Shown here piece by piece: positions 33,270 to 44,245 of a DNA stretch of 64,000 nt. The DNA comes from an uncultured Actinomycetota bacterium (GTDB lineage Bacteria; Actinomycetota; Actinomycetes; Mycobacteriales; Mycobacteriaceae). The notes below the pieces were generated by a model. The model did not search any database. It worked only from the letters and a program-made list of their open reading frames with translations, and was not told where the DNA came from. Each line of letters starts with the position of its first letter. The stretch's first letter is position 1. The DNA lies in NCBI GenBank assembly GCA_963809085.1, contig CAWEII010000024.1:6951-70950 (forward strand). The letters are read 5' to 3'. The position numbers were made by a program, and so were the translations under genes.

Positions 33270-33924
33270 ATGGTCGAACAGAGCATCTGGATGCGCAAGG
33301 TCACGGCCGATCCCGGGCATTCGCACTGGTATGTGGAACGTTTCCGTTCCATGGCACGCGCCGGTGACGATGTGGTCGGCGAGGCACGTTTCGTCGATGC
33401 GATGGCGCCTCGCGGAGCTCGCATCCTCGATGCCGGGTGCGGCCCCGGCAGATTGGCCGGGTATCTGGCCGCTGCCGGTCACGACGTGGTCGGCGTCGAC
33501 GTCGACCACGTCCTCATCGAGGCGGCGGAGCAGGACCATCCCGGGCCGCGCTATCTCGTCGCCGACCTGGCCGAGCTCGACTTGCCGGCGCGCGGCATCA
33601 CCGAGCCGTTCGATGTGATTCTGTCTGCAGGCAACGTGATGACGTTCCTTGCCCCGAGCACCCGCGTCCAGGTATTGCGCCGATTGCGTGCCCACCTAAC
33701 GAGCGCCGGTCGAGCGGTGATCGGTTTCGGGGCCGGTCGCGACTACGAATTCGTCGACTTCTTCGATGATGTGGCGGAGGCCGGGACTCTCCCCCGAACT
33801 CCTGCTCGCCTCATGGGACATCCGACCGTTCACCGAAGACTCCGGCTTCCTCGTCGCGATCCTTGGACCGAAGCAGGTCAGTTCTTCACCAGTCCACCGT
33901 CGACGACGAGATTCTGTCCGGTGA
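33270..33924 (+). CDS. Class I SAM-dependent methyltransferase, frameshift near 33785
   Basis: ILDAGCGPG, AGNVMTFL; C-terminal SWDIRPF..FLVAIL in a shifted frame; end approximate. Confidence 0.85.
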
Positions 33925-34681
33925 TCGCCCGCGACCACGGACAGGCGAAGAACAGCACCGCATCGGCGAACTGCGCAGGCGTGGTCACCGACCGCAGCGG
34001 CGTCGTCTGCGCGATCGCGTCGAAGACCGCCTCCGGTGTGGCCGCGCTGGCATCGGTGGTGCGCAGGAGTCCCCCGCTCACCATGTTCACCGTGACGCCG
34101 CGCGGCCCGAGGTCGGCTGCGAACGTGCGCGTCAGTGAGAGAAGCGCGGCCTTGGCCGCCGTGTAATCGTGGTACGGCACAACAGGATGCTGGAACAGGT
34201 TCGTGCCGATGTTGATCACCCGTCCCGAACCGGTCCGGTCAAAGTCCGGCAATGCCGCCTGGATCACGTTGACCGCACCCGAAACCGTGCCGGTGAACTG
34301 TTCTGCGAAGGTGCCGTACCCGATCTCGTCTGCCTTCGGCCGCGCGTCACCGTTGAACGAGAAACCAACCAGCGCGTTGTTGACCACGGAGGAAACGGGG
34401 GCGTCGAAGGCCCGATGCGCCTGCGCGATGAGCGAGTCGACTTGAGCCCTGTCACGGACGTCGGCCTTCACCGCAATCGCCCGGCCCGCATGCGCAGCGG
34501 CCAGATGCTCTGCTGCCTCACGGCTTTGGTGGTAGTTGACCACGACTCGGGCGCCCTCGCGAAGGAATGCCTCGGCAATGCTGCGGCCGAGCCCACGACC
34601 GCCGCCAGTCACCAGGACCACCTGCTCGGCGATCACGGGACTCGAGGCGTCGGTATCAGTCGGACCGGTTGCGGATGCCAT
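33878..34681 (-). CDS. SDR oxidoreductase (FabG-like)
   Basis: TGGGRGLG, VNNA, YTAAK, ITGQNLVVDGG. Confidence 0.92.
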   Translation of the reverse strand: MASATGPTDTDASSPVIAEQVVLVTGGGRGLGRSIAEAFLREGARVVVNYHQSREAAEHLAAAHAGRAIAVKADVRDRAQVDSLIAQAHRAFDAPVSSVVNNALVGFSFNGDARPKADEIGYGTFAEQFTGTVSGAVNVIQAALPDFDRTGSGRVINIGTNLFQHPVVPYHDYTAAKAALLSLTRTFAADLGPRGVTVNMVSGGLLRTTDASAATPEAVFDAIAQTTPLRSVTTPAQFADAVLFFACPWSRAITGQNLVVDGGLVKN

Positions 34682-34856
34682 CCGAATACTCCCCTGCTGG
34701 TGACGAAGAAACCATGTTCGCGTCACCGACCTACTGGGCAGCACACAGACGCGACATTGGAGATTACCCCGGGCGGGTCTCTGCCTTCGTCCGCCAGCTC
34801 GCTCACGATCGTTGAGTGTCACGAAAAGGCGTTGATCGGCTGCGATTTTCGATCGA

Positions 34857-35761
34857 CTACAGGTCGGCGAGCTCCCTCGCCGCAGTGCGAGGAACCCCCA
34901 GGACGGGAACGGGGGAATGCCGCACGATCTTGTTGGCCCGTGATCCGAGAAACACACGGGCGACTGGTCCCGACTCGCTCGATCCGACCACCAGCACGTC
35001 TCCGGGTAGCCATTCCACGTCCTCGAATGCCTCCTTCCAGTCCTCGCCGTGTCCAATGACGACTGCGGGTTCCGGCCCCTGCTTTCCTGGGATGCGCTCG
35101 GCCGCCAGAGCTTCCTGGGCGGCGGTGCGAATGGTCTCCGTCCATTCGGCAGTCACCGCCGCACCCTCGGCTCGGAATCGGGCCGTTTCCGGTGGGGATA
35201 GCTGGACGGCGAACGACGCCAGCCGTAATTCCGCGCCGAACCCACGTGCCAAGGTCTCGGCGGCTCTCAGCAGGACGCCGCTTTGTTTATCGCCCGTGAA
35301 CGCCAGCGTCACTCGCTCGACCTTGACCCCCTTGGCCCGAAAGCCTCGCGGGGCGACCGCAACGGGGATCGGCGAACTGTGCAGCAGACGGTCGGCGACG
35401 CTGCTCAGCGTGATGTAGCCGAATTGGCCCGCGTCGGAGGACCCCACCGCGATGATGCTGGCGCCGTGTTGCTCGGCCGCCTGCATCAGGCCACTGGGAG
35501 CCGACCGGGCATCAACCGTGATGAACTTTGCGGGCACATCCAGCGGGAAGGTCGTCACGGGCCTGGGCCAATGCGGTGGCGGCCGACTCGTTGATGTAGC
35601 TGCGGTAACCCTCATCCGCCCGAGACAGACCTGGGCATCCACGGTGCGGGGATGACTACACCGACGAGGAGTTCCTCGCCGCTGGACCGCGCCAGCATGG
35701 CGGCCATGTTGAGCACCGCTTTGGCCCGTCGATTGATTGGGTAGCCGACGAGAATCGTCAT
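34857..35761 (-). CDS. Tandem universal stress protein, frameshift in the N-terminal part
   Basis: MTILVGY start coupled to the permease stop; IAVGS..SSVADRLLHSSPIPV and VVGS..FLGSRANKIVRHSPVPV. Confidence 0.85.
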
Positions 35762-37206
35762 AGCTGATCTTCCTGCGCGAGCAGGCCGACGTGTTCGTGC
35801 CTACCGAGATGAGAATGCTTGCGCGCGTACACGACATACCAGACGAATGCCAGAGCAACCCAGATCACGAACACATAGATCGTGATCAGCCGCAGGCTCG
35901 CAATGATCCACAGCGAACCGAGAATCGCCAGAATTGGAAGCACCGGATACAGCGGAACCTTGAAGCTGCGCGGCAGCTCCGGGTTTCGTTGCCGCAACAC
36001 GATGACACCGATGGCGACGGTGATGAACGCCACCAGCGTGCCGATGCTGGTCATCTCGGCAAGGAAGTTGATCGGGATGAGACCGGCCAGCAGCGAAATC
36101 ACCACCGCGACGATGATGGTGTTCGGAATCGGCGTGAGGGTCCGCGGGTTCACCCGATGGAAGATCGGGGGGATCATGCCGTCACGCGACATTGCGAACA
36201 GGATTCGCGTCTGGCCGTACACCGACACCAGGGTCACGCTGAAGATCGAGATGATCGCCCCGGCAGCCAGCACGGTGCCGGGCCATGTCGCACCGACCAC
36301 GTTCTCCAGGATCTGGGCCAGCCCGGCCTCCTGGCCCTCGAAACCGTCGAGGGGCTGGGCCGCGACCGCGACGAGCGCCACCAACACGTACAGCACTATG
36401 ACCGTCACCAGGGCGATCATGATCGCCAGCGGCAGGTTGCGACGCGGATTTATCGCCTCTTCACCCGCCGAGGCGACGCTGTCCAAACCGACGAAGGTGA
36501 AGAAGATGACGCCCGCGGCGGCCGTGACGCCTGCGAAGCCGAACGGGGCGAAGGGCTGTAGGTTGTTCGAATCCCAGCCCCCGATGCCGATGACGATGAA
36601 CATGATGAGCACGGCTATCTTGATCGCCACCATGATGGCGTTGGTCTTCGCCGACTCACTGACCCCGCGGATCAGGAGCGCGGCGCACATGACCACCAGA
36701 ACCACCGCGGGCAGGTTGAACACACCGCCTTGTTCCGGTGCGTTCGACAGCGCCTCCGGCATCTGGACGCCGAATACGTTGTTCAGGAATTGGTTGACAT
36801 ACTCCGACCACCCCACGGCGACGGCCGCGCCGGCAACTCCCCACTCGAGCAGTAGGCATGCTCCGACTGCGAGCGCCGTCAGCTCACCGAGTGTGGCGTA
36901 GGCGTACGAATAGGACGAGCCGGCTACCGGAACGGCCCCGGCCAACTCTGCGTAACACACTGCGGTCAGGCCGGCCACGACTCCGGCGATCACAAACGAC
37001 CAGATCACGGCGGGCCCTGCCATCGGAACCGCTTGGCTGAGTATGAAGAAGATCCCGGTGCCGATAGTGCCGCCGATACCGATCGCCGAGAGACTCCAGA
37101 GGCCGATGGTGCGCTTGAGCTCACTGCGTCCGCTGTCGGCGCCCGTTTCGGCCGCCATCTCCTGTACCGGTTTACTCCGTAATACCTGCTCGCGGAATGT
37201 AGTCAC
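35758..37206 (-). CDS. APC-family amino acid permease
   Basis: IGTGIF, CYAELA, GSSYSY, EEAINPRRNLP, FKVPLYP. Confidence 0.93.
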   Translation of the reverse strand: MTTFREQVLRSKPVQEMAAETGADSGRSELKRTIGLWSLSAIGIGGTIGTGIFFILSQAVPMAGPAVIWSFVIAGVVAGLTAVCYAELAGAVPVAGSSYSYAYATLGELTALAVGACLLLEWGVAGAAVAVGWSEYVNQFLNNVFGVQMPEALSNAPEQGGVFNLPAVVLVVMCAALLIRGVSESAKTNAIMVAIKIAVLIMFIVIGIGGWDSNNLQPFAPFGFAGVTAAAGVIFFTFVGLDSVASAGEEAINPRRNLPLAIMIALVTVIVLYVLVALVAVAAQPLDGFEGQEAGLAQILENVVGATWPGTVLAAGAIISIFSVTLVSVYGQTRILFAMSRDGMIPPIFHRVNPRTLTPIPNTIIVAVVISLLAGLIPINFLAEMTSIGTLVAFITVAIGVIVLRQRNPELPRSFKVPLYPVLPILAILGSLWIIASLRLITIYVFVIWVALAFVWYVVYARKHSHLGRHEHVGLLAQEDQL

Positions 37207-37507
37207 GGCTCCTCCTTGGTCTCAGCGCGTGCCCATGCTCCTGCCGCCTGACGATCAAGGTGCCGACGCCGTCCGCGTTGCCGCCAGGTGCCTTCGCGGT
37301 CAGGCTACGGCTGTACATATCGAGGAATTGGTGTTTCTGAAAAACTGTGTGCATTTGTTGTCGGTCCGTTATGTCGATTCCGCAGTACCCGCAGCGCAAG
37401 CGAATACCGCACGACCGAGACATCAGCTGGCCCGATGTCCGCCCAGGGCTGCCTCACGGCTTCCGGTGCGTGCGGGATACTCGGTAGCACACGAAAGGGA
37501 GCTAGGA

Positions 37508-38260
37508 ATGGGACTGCCTCTTATTCACGACGACAACGGGATTCGCTGGATCACTCTTGACCGCCCGGAGATCCGTAACGCCCTGCATGTCGAGGATCTC
37601 GACCACATCGCCTACGGGGTGCGTTCGGCCGGACCGAATGTTCGGGCGATCATCCTCACCGGCGCCGAGGATCGCGCCTTCTCGGCGGGCATGCACGTCA
37701 ATACCTTTGCCGATGCGACACCTGAGAGTGCGCGAGACAGCATTACGCGAGTGCGTGATTGCTTGGCCGCCATCCGGCTTTCACCGCGACCGACGGTGGC
37801 TCTCGTCAACGGCTACTGCATCGGGGCGGGCTTCGAGATGGCACTGGCATGTGACCTTCGGGTCGCCCATCCACAGGTGCAATTCGGACTTCCCGAAGTT
37901 AAACTCGGCATTCCCTCTGTCGTGGATGCCGCACTGCTGCAACAGTTCGTCGGTCTGTCCAAGGCGAAGGAAATCATCCTCACCGGCGACCTGTACCCAC
38001 TGGCCGATTTGGCACACACCGGAATCGCCAACAGGATCGTCGACCCGTCGGAATTGCGCCAGACAGCACTCGATCTCGCCAACCAGCTCGGCTCGTACAC
38101 GCCGCAGGTGATGGCAGCACAGAAGGGGCTCTTCGAGACCTGGCTCAACTTCGGCCTTCAGCATGGAATCGACGCCAGCGTAGAGGTTTTTGCTGGTTTA
38201 TTCGCCGACCCAGCAACGGTGCAGGCGATTGCGCAATATCAAACCGCCCCGCGGACCTGA
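37508..38260 (+). CDS. Enoyl-CoA hydratase/isomerase family protein
   Basis: LDRPEIRNAL, AFSAG, GFEMALACD, PEVKLG. Confidence 0.9.
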   Translation: MGLPLIHDDNGIRWITLDRPEIRNALHVEDLDHIAYGVRSAGPNVRAIILTGAEDRAFSAGMHVNTFADATPESARDSITRVRDCLAAIRLSPRPTVALVNGYCIGAGFEMALACDLRVAHPQVQFGLPEVKLGIPSVVDAALLQQFVGLSKAKEIILTGDLYPLADLAHTGIANRIVDPSELRQTALDLANQLGSYTPQVMAAQKGLFETWLNFGLQHGIDASVEVFAGLFADPATVQAIAQYQTAPRT

Positions 38261-38479
38261 TCGGACGGACGCAAGTGCAGCGCAATGGTTCTCGAACCAG
38301 TCCACCAACGTCGTCCTCGTGGCATCAATCGTTATCAAGAATAGCGGTGATCGTTATCAGGAAACGCCGGTCACCTCGCATAGGCATCGGCTGCCTTGCT
38401 GGACCATGTGTTCACGTGTCGCGCTACGGGGATATCGCGCCACGCTGTCGGTTGCGCTTCGATGCGACGGGAGGAACAC

Positions 38480-39166
38480 ATGCGCCAACCTACGGTCGCC
38501 GTTGCCATTGCAGTCAGCTGCGTTGTGATGACAGGGTGCAGCCTGTCAAAAGGCTACGCCGAGTCGGTGACGCCCACCCGTTCGATGATTCCGCGCCCTC
38601 TCGTCGAGCGTGAGTTGCAGGAGTTGCTGCTCAGCCCGGAAGAGGTGAATGTCGCAATGGGGACGACCGGAATGACCGTCACGGGTACCCAGAGCGAGAT
38701 GTCTGACAGCAGTGCGACCATGGCGCCGCAAGAGTGCCTCGCCATCGACGGCGCGGCGGAGGCCTCGGTCTATGGCAACAGCGGTTACTGGGCCGAGCGT
38801 GATCAAAGCCTCAACAACGGCGACGACTTCACGCACTACCTCAAACAGGCCGTGGTGTTGTTTCCCACCGTGGAAAGTGCCGGGGCCTTGCTAGATGCCT
38901 CCGCCAAGCAGTGGCCGACCTGCCGCCAGTACACCCACACGCAGAGCGAGACGCAGTGGTCTGTCGGGCAGATCGCGTACGCGAACGGCACCTTGAGCAC
39001 CACGGCAACTCAAGCGAACGCCAGTGCTCCCGGCTGGGGCTGTGGACGCGCGTTGACACTGAGAAACAACGTCATCATCGACATCAACACGTGCAGCGCT
39101 GACCCCGCCGACTCGGCGTTGAATGTTGCCGACCGCATTGCCGCCAACATAGCTGAGCGGTGGTAA
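38480..39166 (+). CDS. PknH-like extracellular sensor-domain lipoprotein
   Basis: Lipobox MTGC; LLLSPEEV, QAVVLFP, W..C, C.RAL..RNNVIIDINTC; ggagga RBS. Confidence 0.85.
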   Translation: MRQPTVAVAIAVSCVVMTGCSLSKGYAESVTPTRSMIPRPLVERELQELLLSPEEVNVAMGTTGMTVTGTQSEMSDSSATMAPQECLAIDGAAEASVYGNSGYWAERDQSLNNGDDFTHYLKQAVVLFPTVESAGALLDASAKQWPTCRQYTHTQSETQWSVGQIAYANGTLSTTATQANASAPGWGCGRALTLRNNVIIDINTCSADPADSALNVADRIAANIAERW

Positions 39167-39446
39167 GACTCCACTCGCCTCGGCCTCCCTCCATGCGCCA
39201 CCATCCTGAGTACCCCTCCGGCGCTACTTACAGGCGGCCGTTGGCATCGACGACGGAATCGCATTGAACCAGAAGCCGCCTCCACGCATTGCGTTGGGAC
39301 GGTGAGTGTTTCATCCGGAGCGCCTCCGCCTCTCGCTACCTGTTACCCGTGGCACGGGCTGCGACACTGAATGTTTCGGTTGCCACCATCCCTTCCCCGT
39401 TGTTGCGCCACCTCGCTGGCCGACGCCGACATGCCACCTGGCATGT

Positions 39447-39467
39447 TATTGGGAATGGTTTTCATTG
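39447..39467. promoter_or_regulatory. Zur-box-like site upstream of the Fur-family gene
   Basis: tattgggaatggttttcattg resembles the actinobacterial TGAAAA-N3-TTTTCA box. Confidence 0.55.
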
Positions 39468-39691
39468 CCGTGTGCTCGCGGTACAGTCGGTGTCGAGAGT
39501 GATTTGGATCAAGGGGTCGAGGAAGAGCCGTGTCCGACCGGCGAACCTAGCGGTCCAACGGGCAATCGAAGCGCACCGAGTGCTTGGGGCCATACGAGCT
39601 GTAGTGCCCTCCACGAACATGCGCCCCAATCGGACTCGATCCCTTCCCAGTGGTGGGCAGTTGGCGCCCAGGCCCAGGCAGGACTTACGCC

Positions 39692-40156
39692 ATGCAGGAA
39701 TCCCCGACACCGAGGCGGCGCCGGAGCACCCCCAAAGGGCAGGTCGTCCTCGAAACGTTGCGCGGCAGCGACAGATTCCGCAGCGCCCAACAGCTCTACG
39801 TGCAAATCCGTCACGAAACGTCGCTGCAGATCGGCTTGGCCAGTGTCTACCGGATCCTACGTGGCCTCGCCGATGACGGGATCGCCGAAACCCAACGGGC
39901 CGAAGACGGTGAAATGCTCTACCGGCTCGTCAGCTCCACCGAACACCGGCACTACCTTCTATGCCGTCGCTGCGGACGCTCCGTCGGGTTTGCCCTTGTC
40001 GCACTCGAGGACAGCGCCGCCGATCTCGTTCGGCTGCACGGCTACAGCGACGTCACTCATCACTTCGACCTGTACGGGATCTGCCCGCAATGTCGAAGGG
40101 CCACAGGAACTCCCAGCGTCGTCGGCGATGCGTCGGATGGGCGAGAAGATCGATAG
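39692..40156 (+). CDS. Fur-family regulator (Zur-like)
   Basis: FRSAQQL, GLASVYRIL, HRHYLLCRRCG, GICPQC. Confidence 0.88.
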   Translation: MQESPTPRRRRSTPKGQVVLETLRGSDRFRSAQQLYVQIRHETSLQIGLASVYRILRGLADDGIAETQRAEDGEMLYRLVSSTEHRHYLLCRRCGRSVGFALVALEDSAADLVRLHGYSDVTHHFDLYGICPQCRRATGTPSVVGDASDGREDR

Positions 40157-40247
40157 CCGACCGCTCGGGTAACGCGTTGCGAGGTGGTGGCCACAGGCGG
40201 TGCACAGGTCGTCGGGGGTGCGCCGCCCAGGTTGGGTGCTCTAGGGT

Positions 40248-40268
40248 TGTTGGAAACGGTTTCCATTA
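40248..40268. promoter_or_regulatory. Zur-box-like palindrome upstream of the metal ABC operon
   Basis: tggaaac-g-gtttcca, perfect 7-1-7 palindrome at 40251-40265. Confidence 0.7.
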
Positions 40269-40289
40269 TCATTAACCCAGGAGGTCTTC

Positions 40290-41240
40290 TTGAGCACGCG
40301 TTTCCGCCACCGGATCAGCGCCGCCGCTTTTGCCGCGAGTGCCCTGTTGCTGGCCGCCTGCGGTTCCAATTCGTCACCAACCACCGCGTCCTCGACGAGT
40401 GCGGCCGAAACGACCTCGGGCACCGCCGCGACTGCTCCGATCGCCGTCGTGGCGAGCACGAACGTCTGGGGTGACATCGTCAAGCAGGTCGGTGGCGATC
40501 ACGTGAACGTGGCGTCGATCATGTCCGACCCGAACGCCGACCCCCACGAGTACGAAGCCGACGCGCAGACAGCAGCCGCACTGAGTAAGGCGCAGTTCGT
40601 GATCGAAAACGGTTTGGGTTACGACGATTTCATGGACAAGCTACTCTCGGCGTCACCCAACCCGAGTAGGACGGTGCTGAACGCGGCCGACGCCATGCAG
40701 ATCTCGGGCGCCGAGGCCAACCCGCACGTCTGGTACGACATCGCGAAGGTTCCCAATGTGGCCTCGGCGATTGCCGACCAACTCGGCAAGCTCGATCCCG
40801 GCGATGCGTCGACCTTCACTGCCAAGGCGAAGACGTTCAGTGACAGCCTTGCGCCGATGAACGCGGCGATCGCCAACATCAAGTCCAAGTATTCGGGTGC
40901 ACCCGTCGGCTACACCGAACGCGTTCCGGGCTATCTCGTCGACGCCGCCGGTCTGACACTGGCCACACCTGCTTCGTTCGCACAGTCAATCGAGGACGGC
41001 AACGAGCCCAGCCCCTCTGACAACGCGGCGATGAACGCTGCGCTGACGGCCAAGAAGATCAAGGTGCTGCTCTACAACGGTCAGGTCACCAGTCCGGCGA
41101 CCGAGGCGATCAAGCAGCTGGCGCAGAAGAGCAATGTGCCCGTCGTCGGGGTGACCGAGACGTTGCCGCCGACCGACAAGGACTTCCAGGGCTGGCAATT
41201 ACGTCAGATCAACGAGCTCACCTCCGCGCTCGGCGGATGA
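40290..41240 (+). CDS. Zn/Mn ABC transporter substrate-binding lipoprotein (ZnuA-like)
   Basis: LAAC lipobox, DPHEYE, NPHVWY, VTETLP. Confidence 0.92.
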   Translation: MSTRFRHRISAAAFAASALLLAACGSNSSPTTASSTSAAETTSGTAATAPIAVVASTNVWGDIVKQVGGDHVNVASIMSDPNADPHEYEADAQTAAALSKAQFVIENGLGYDDFMDKLLSASPNPSRTVLNAADAMQISGAEANPHVWYDIAKVPNVASAIADQLGKLDPGDASTFTAKAKTFSDSLAPMNAAIANIKSKYSGAPVGYTERVPGYLVDAAGLTLATPASFAQSIEDGNEPSPSDNAAMNAALTAKKIKVLLYNGQVTSPATEAIKQLAQKSNVPVVGVTETLPPTDKDFQGWQLRQINELTSALGG

Positions 41241-42094
41241 CCATGACTGACGCTGCACCGCTCGGGGTGCCGACGGTACGTCTGTGCGACGCATGTCTTG
41301 CCTACGGAGGGCGCAGGCTGTGGCAAAACCTCGATCTCACAGTGAGGGCCGGGGAGTTCATCGCGGTGCTCGGGCCCAACGGCAGCGGCAAGACCTCATT
41401 GGTCAAGGTGCTGTTGGGGCTGGCGGCGCTGTCCTCGGGATCGGTGCACGTGTGTGGAGCCCCGCCGCGCCGTGGCAGCAACGTCATCGGATACATCCCG
41501 CAGCAGAAGGGATTCGACCGCGATCTCCCGATTCGCGGCATCGACCTGGTCCGGCTGGGACTCGACGGCCACCGGTGGGGCATCGGCTTGCCCAGCGCAC
41601 GTCGGCGGCGCCGCGTCGAAGCGGTCGTCGAAGCCGTGGGCGCCACCCACCTGGCCGGATCTCCCATCGGGTTGCTGTCGGGAGGCGAGCAACAGCGGCT
41701 GCGAGTGGCCCAAGCGCTGCTGGGCGACCCACAACTGTTGCTATGTGACGAACCCCTGTTGTCGCTCGACCTCAAGCGCCAGCGCGAGGTCGTAGACCTC
41801 ATCGATACTCAACGCCGCGGATCCGCTTTCTCAGTGCTGTTCGTGACCCACGAAGTCAACCCGATCCTTCCGGTGGTCGACCGGATCCTGTATGTCGTGG
41901 GGACACGGTGGGCGTCGGGGACGCCGACGGAAATCCTCACCAGCGCAAAGCTGTCCGACTTGTACCAGACGGATATCGAGGTGTTGGAGGTGGGCGGGCG
42001 AATCATCATCGTCGGTGCGCCGGACAGTCCACATGCCGAAACCGGCAGTTCGCGCTATCACCATCCACCGGTCGGGGAAGTGGTCGTGCGATGA
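41237..42094 (+). CDS. Metal ABC transporter ATP-binding subunit (ZnuC-like)
   Basis: GPNGSGKT, GYIPQ, LSGGEQQR, LLCDEP. Confidence 0.92.
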   Translation: MTMTDAAPLGVPTVRLCDACLAYGGRRLWQNLDLTVRAGEFIAVLGPNGSGKTSLVKVLLGLAALSSGSVHVCGAPPRRGSNVIGYIPQQKGFDRDLPIRGIDLVRLGLDGHRWGIGLPSARRRRRVEAVVEAVGATHLAGSPIGLLSGGEQQRLRVAQALLGDPQLLLCDEPLLSLDLKRQREVVDLIDTQRRGSAFSVLFVTHEVNPILPVVDRILYVVGTRWASGTPTEILTSAKLSDLYQTDIEVLEVGGRIIIVGAPDSPHAETGSSRYHHPPVGEVVVR

Positions 42095-43026
42095 CGTTGG
42101 CGGACTATCTGTCGGAGGACTTCGTCCGCAACGCCTTGATCGCCGCCACCCTGGTCGCCGTGATCGCGGGTCTGATCGGACCAGTGGTGATCATTCGCGA
42201 CCTCGCGTTCGCGGTACACGGCAGCGCCGAACTGGCCTTCACCGGAGCCGCGGCAGGGTTACTGGCCGCCGGTGACCCGCTGCTGGGTGCGCTGTTGGGT
42301 TCCTTGGTGGTCGCCACCGCCTTCGGCCTGCTGGGAAGCGCAGAACGCGAACGCAACTCGGCCATCGGGGTGATCCTCGCCTTCGGACTCGGCATGGGGG
42401 TGTATCTCTTGTCGTTGTACAAGGGCTTCGCCACAGCGGCCACCAACATCCTGTTCGGTCAGATCTTCGGGGTCAGCCCCGGTCAGATCAGACTGCTCAC
42501 GGTCATCGCGATCGGCGTCCTGATCGCGATGGTGGTGTTGTACCGACCGCTACTGTTCGCCTCGGTGGATCCCGAGCTGGCGAAGGCCCGTGGCGTGCGC
42601 ACTCGCCTGGTGGGTCTCTTGTTCGTTTACGTCCTTGCCATCACTGTCACGGAAGCCGCTCAGATCGTCGGCACCCTGCTCGTGCTCAGCCTGGCCATCA
42701 CCCCCGCAGCGGCGGCCAGTCGACTCAGTGCCCGCACCCCCGTGGTCATCGTCGTGTCCATCGTCTTTGCGCTGGTTGCCGCGGATGGCGGCCTCCTGCT
42801 GAGTCTCGTGCATTCGAATGTCAAAGCCAGCGTGTTCATCTCGGTGATCAGCTTCGCGTTCTACGTCGTTGCGCGGGTCGCTGCCAGGTTCGTCCTGCCC
42901 ATGTCGTCTTCGCATCGGCGCATCAGCGAACCGCCAGCAGCTCTCAGTGAGCGACGCGCGGATCGCCATCGGCCCGATCGCGGAAGCGGCACTGCTGCAA
43001 CGGTATCGGGGTCCCCTTGGAGTTAA
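42091..43026 (+). CDS. Metal ABC transporter permease (ZnuB-like)
   Basis: FAVHGSAELAFTG, LFGQIF, DPELAKARG, PAAAA; ATGA coupling. Confidence 0.9.
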   Translation: MTLADYLSEDFVRNALIAATLVAVIAGLIGPVVIIRDLAFAVHGSAELAFTGAAAGLLAAGDPLLGALLGSLVVATAFGLLGSAERERNSAIGVILAFGLGMGVYLLSLYKGFATAATNILFGQIFGVSPGQIRLLTVIAIGVLIAMVVLYRPLLFASVDPELAKARGVRTRLVGLLFVYVLAITVTEAAQIVGTLLVLSLAITPAAAASRLSARTPVVIVVSIVFALVAADGGLLLSLVHSNVKASVFISVISFAFYVVARVAARFVLPMSSSHRRISEPPAALSERRADRHRPDRGSGTAATVSGSPWS

Positions 43027-43095
43027 GTGAACGGCATCCGACGAGCCAATACCATACCTGCTCGGTGGAAGTACTCCAGGTGGGTTAGCGCTGGC

Positions 43096-43374
43096 TTACT
43101 CACTTGCATCGGCCAGCAGGGCAATTTCTCTGCTCGACGATGCGCTGAGGCCCTTCGCGCGCAGAGCGGACGAAATCGACTTGATGAAACGCTCGAAGGC
43201 TTGTGCCAGAGCATCTCTGAGCACCGGCGATTCGATGTCGACGGACACCGTCATCCCTAGTACCGGGCATTCTTCATCGAAATCCACCGCAACCAGCCGT
43301 TTGATGTATTGGTCGGCGAAGCCTTGAAGGAAGGCAACGGGATCACTCTTCTTGCTGGCAAGGTTGGCGATCAT
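43096..43374 (-). pseudogene. Possible TetR-family C-terminal fragment
   Basis: DF.E.CPV.....DIESPVLR..LAQAF pattern resembles LmrA/YxaF-type ligand domains; no HTH seen. Confidence 0.3.
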
Positions 43375-43589
43375 TTTTCGGTGTCTTCAGCGCTTGCGCG
43401 CGACCTCGATGGCAAGTTGCTCGTTGCCGTCGATGCGTTGTCTGCTCGCCGGTCTTGGCGCATGACCAGCGCCACGTTTCCTGACCTGTTCGCCAAAGCG
43501 GCTATCACCCTGCCGCTGGTCGACTTCGGCAGTGGGGTGAACGGCGTCGTCCACCCCACCGCTGTCCAAGTAGCGTGCCGAAGTTGGTG

Positions 43590-44030
43590 TTATGCGCACA
43601 CCCTGAGCCTCGGATGTCGTTGGCGAGCCCTGGGAGCAAGGTAGTCCTCGGATTGATCGATGTTGGCGGTGGCATCGGCTTGCTTCTGGATGCCGGGTGC
43701 GGGGTAGTCGTCGCGACTGGCCGCGACATTGGCGTTGAAGGTGTTGATCTGATCCATCAGGGCGTCGAATTGAGCATTGAACCAATCGCACATCTCGCGC
43801 TCGGAGGTGATGTCGGCGTCGGTCACCTGGTTTTGACGAAGGTTGTGGGGAAAGGCGAAGTTCGGCGCCCAGTCGGTCGGTGTGGACGTGAACACTGGCA
43901 ACGGTGGCGCGGGCACGTTGGGGTCGGCTCCGGCGCCCACGGTCATCGTGACCATTGCCGCCGCTGCCAGCGCGGTACACGATGCGAGAATGCCGAACCC
44001 ACGTGGGTATGCAGCCGAGATGAATTCGCG
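43590..44030 (-). CDS. Secreted mycobacterial hypothetical protein, 3' end probably disrupted (start uncertain)
   Basis: Signal-like AAAMVTMTVGAGADP then LPVF..TPTDWAP..EREMCDWFNAQ. Confidence 0.5.
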   Translation of the reverse strand, partial: REFISAAYPRGFGILASCTALAAAAMVTMTVGAGADPNVPAPPLPVFTSTPTDWAPNFAFPHNLRQNQVTDADITSEREMCDWFNAQFDALMDQINTFNANVAASRDDYPAPGIQKQADATANIDQSEDYLAPRARQRHPRLRVCA

Positions 44031-44245
44031 GCCGCGACCACCTACTGGCGACCCAATGGCAAACTCGGTATTGTAGAACGATACGCCAGCTTCACTTCGA
44101 TACCGGCGGGTGACGATGGATTTGCTCACGGCCGACTTTTGACACCGCGCGTCGGAATGGGAATAGAAATGCGGTTGGCCAGTGCGCCGTAAAGCTCTGC
44201 CGCTCAATCACATACACGCATTGTCCAGCGTGTACGGTTAATTCC

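Noticed and set aside
34682-34856. Possible TPP riboswitch upstream of the FabG-like SDR
   Set aside because: No CTGAGA or ACCTGA..GGTAAT..GCG.AGG core found by eye; an Rfam cmscan would settle it
44150-44180. Third Zur-like box (aatgggaatagaaatgc)
   Set aside because: Only one half-site resembles the box; no dyad symmetry
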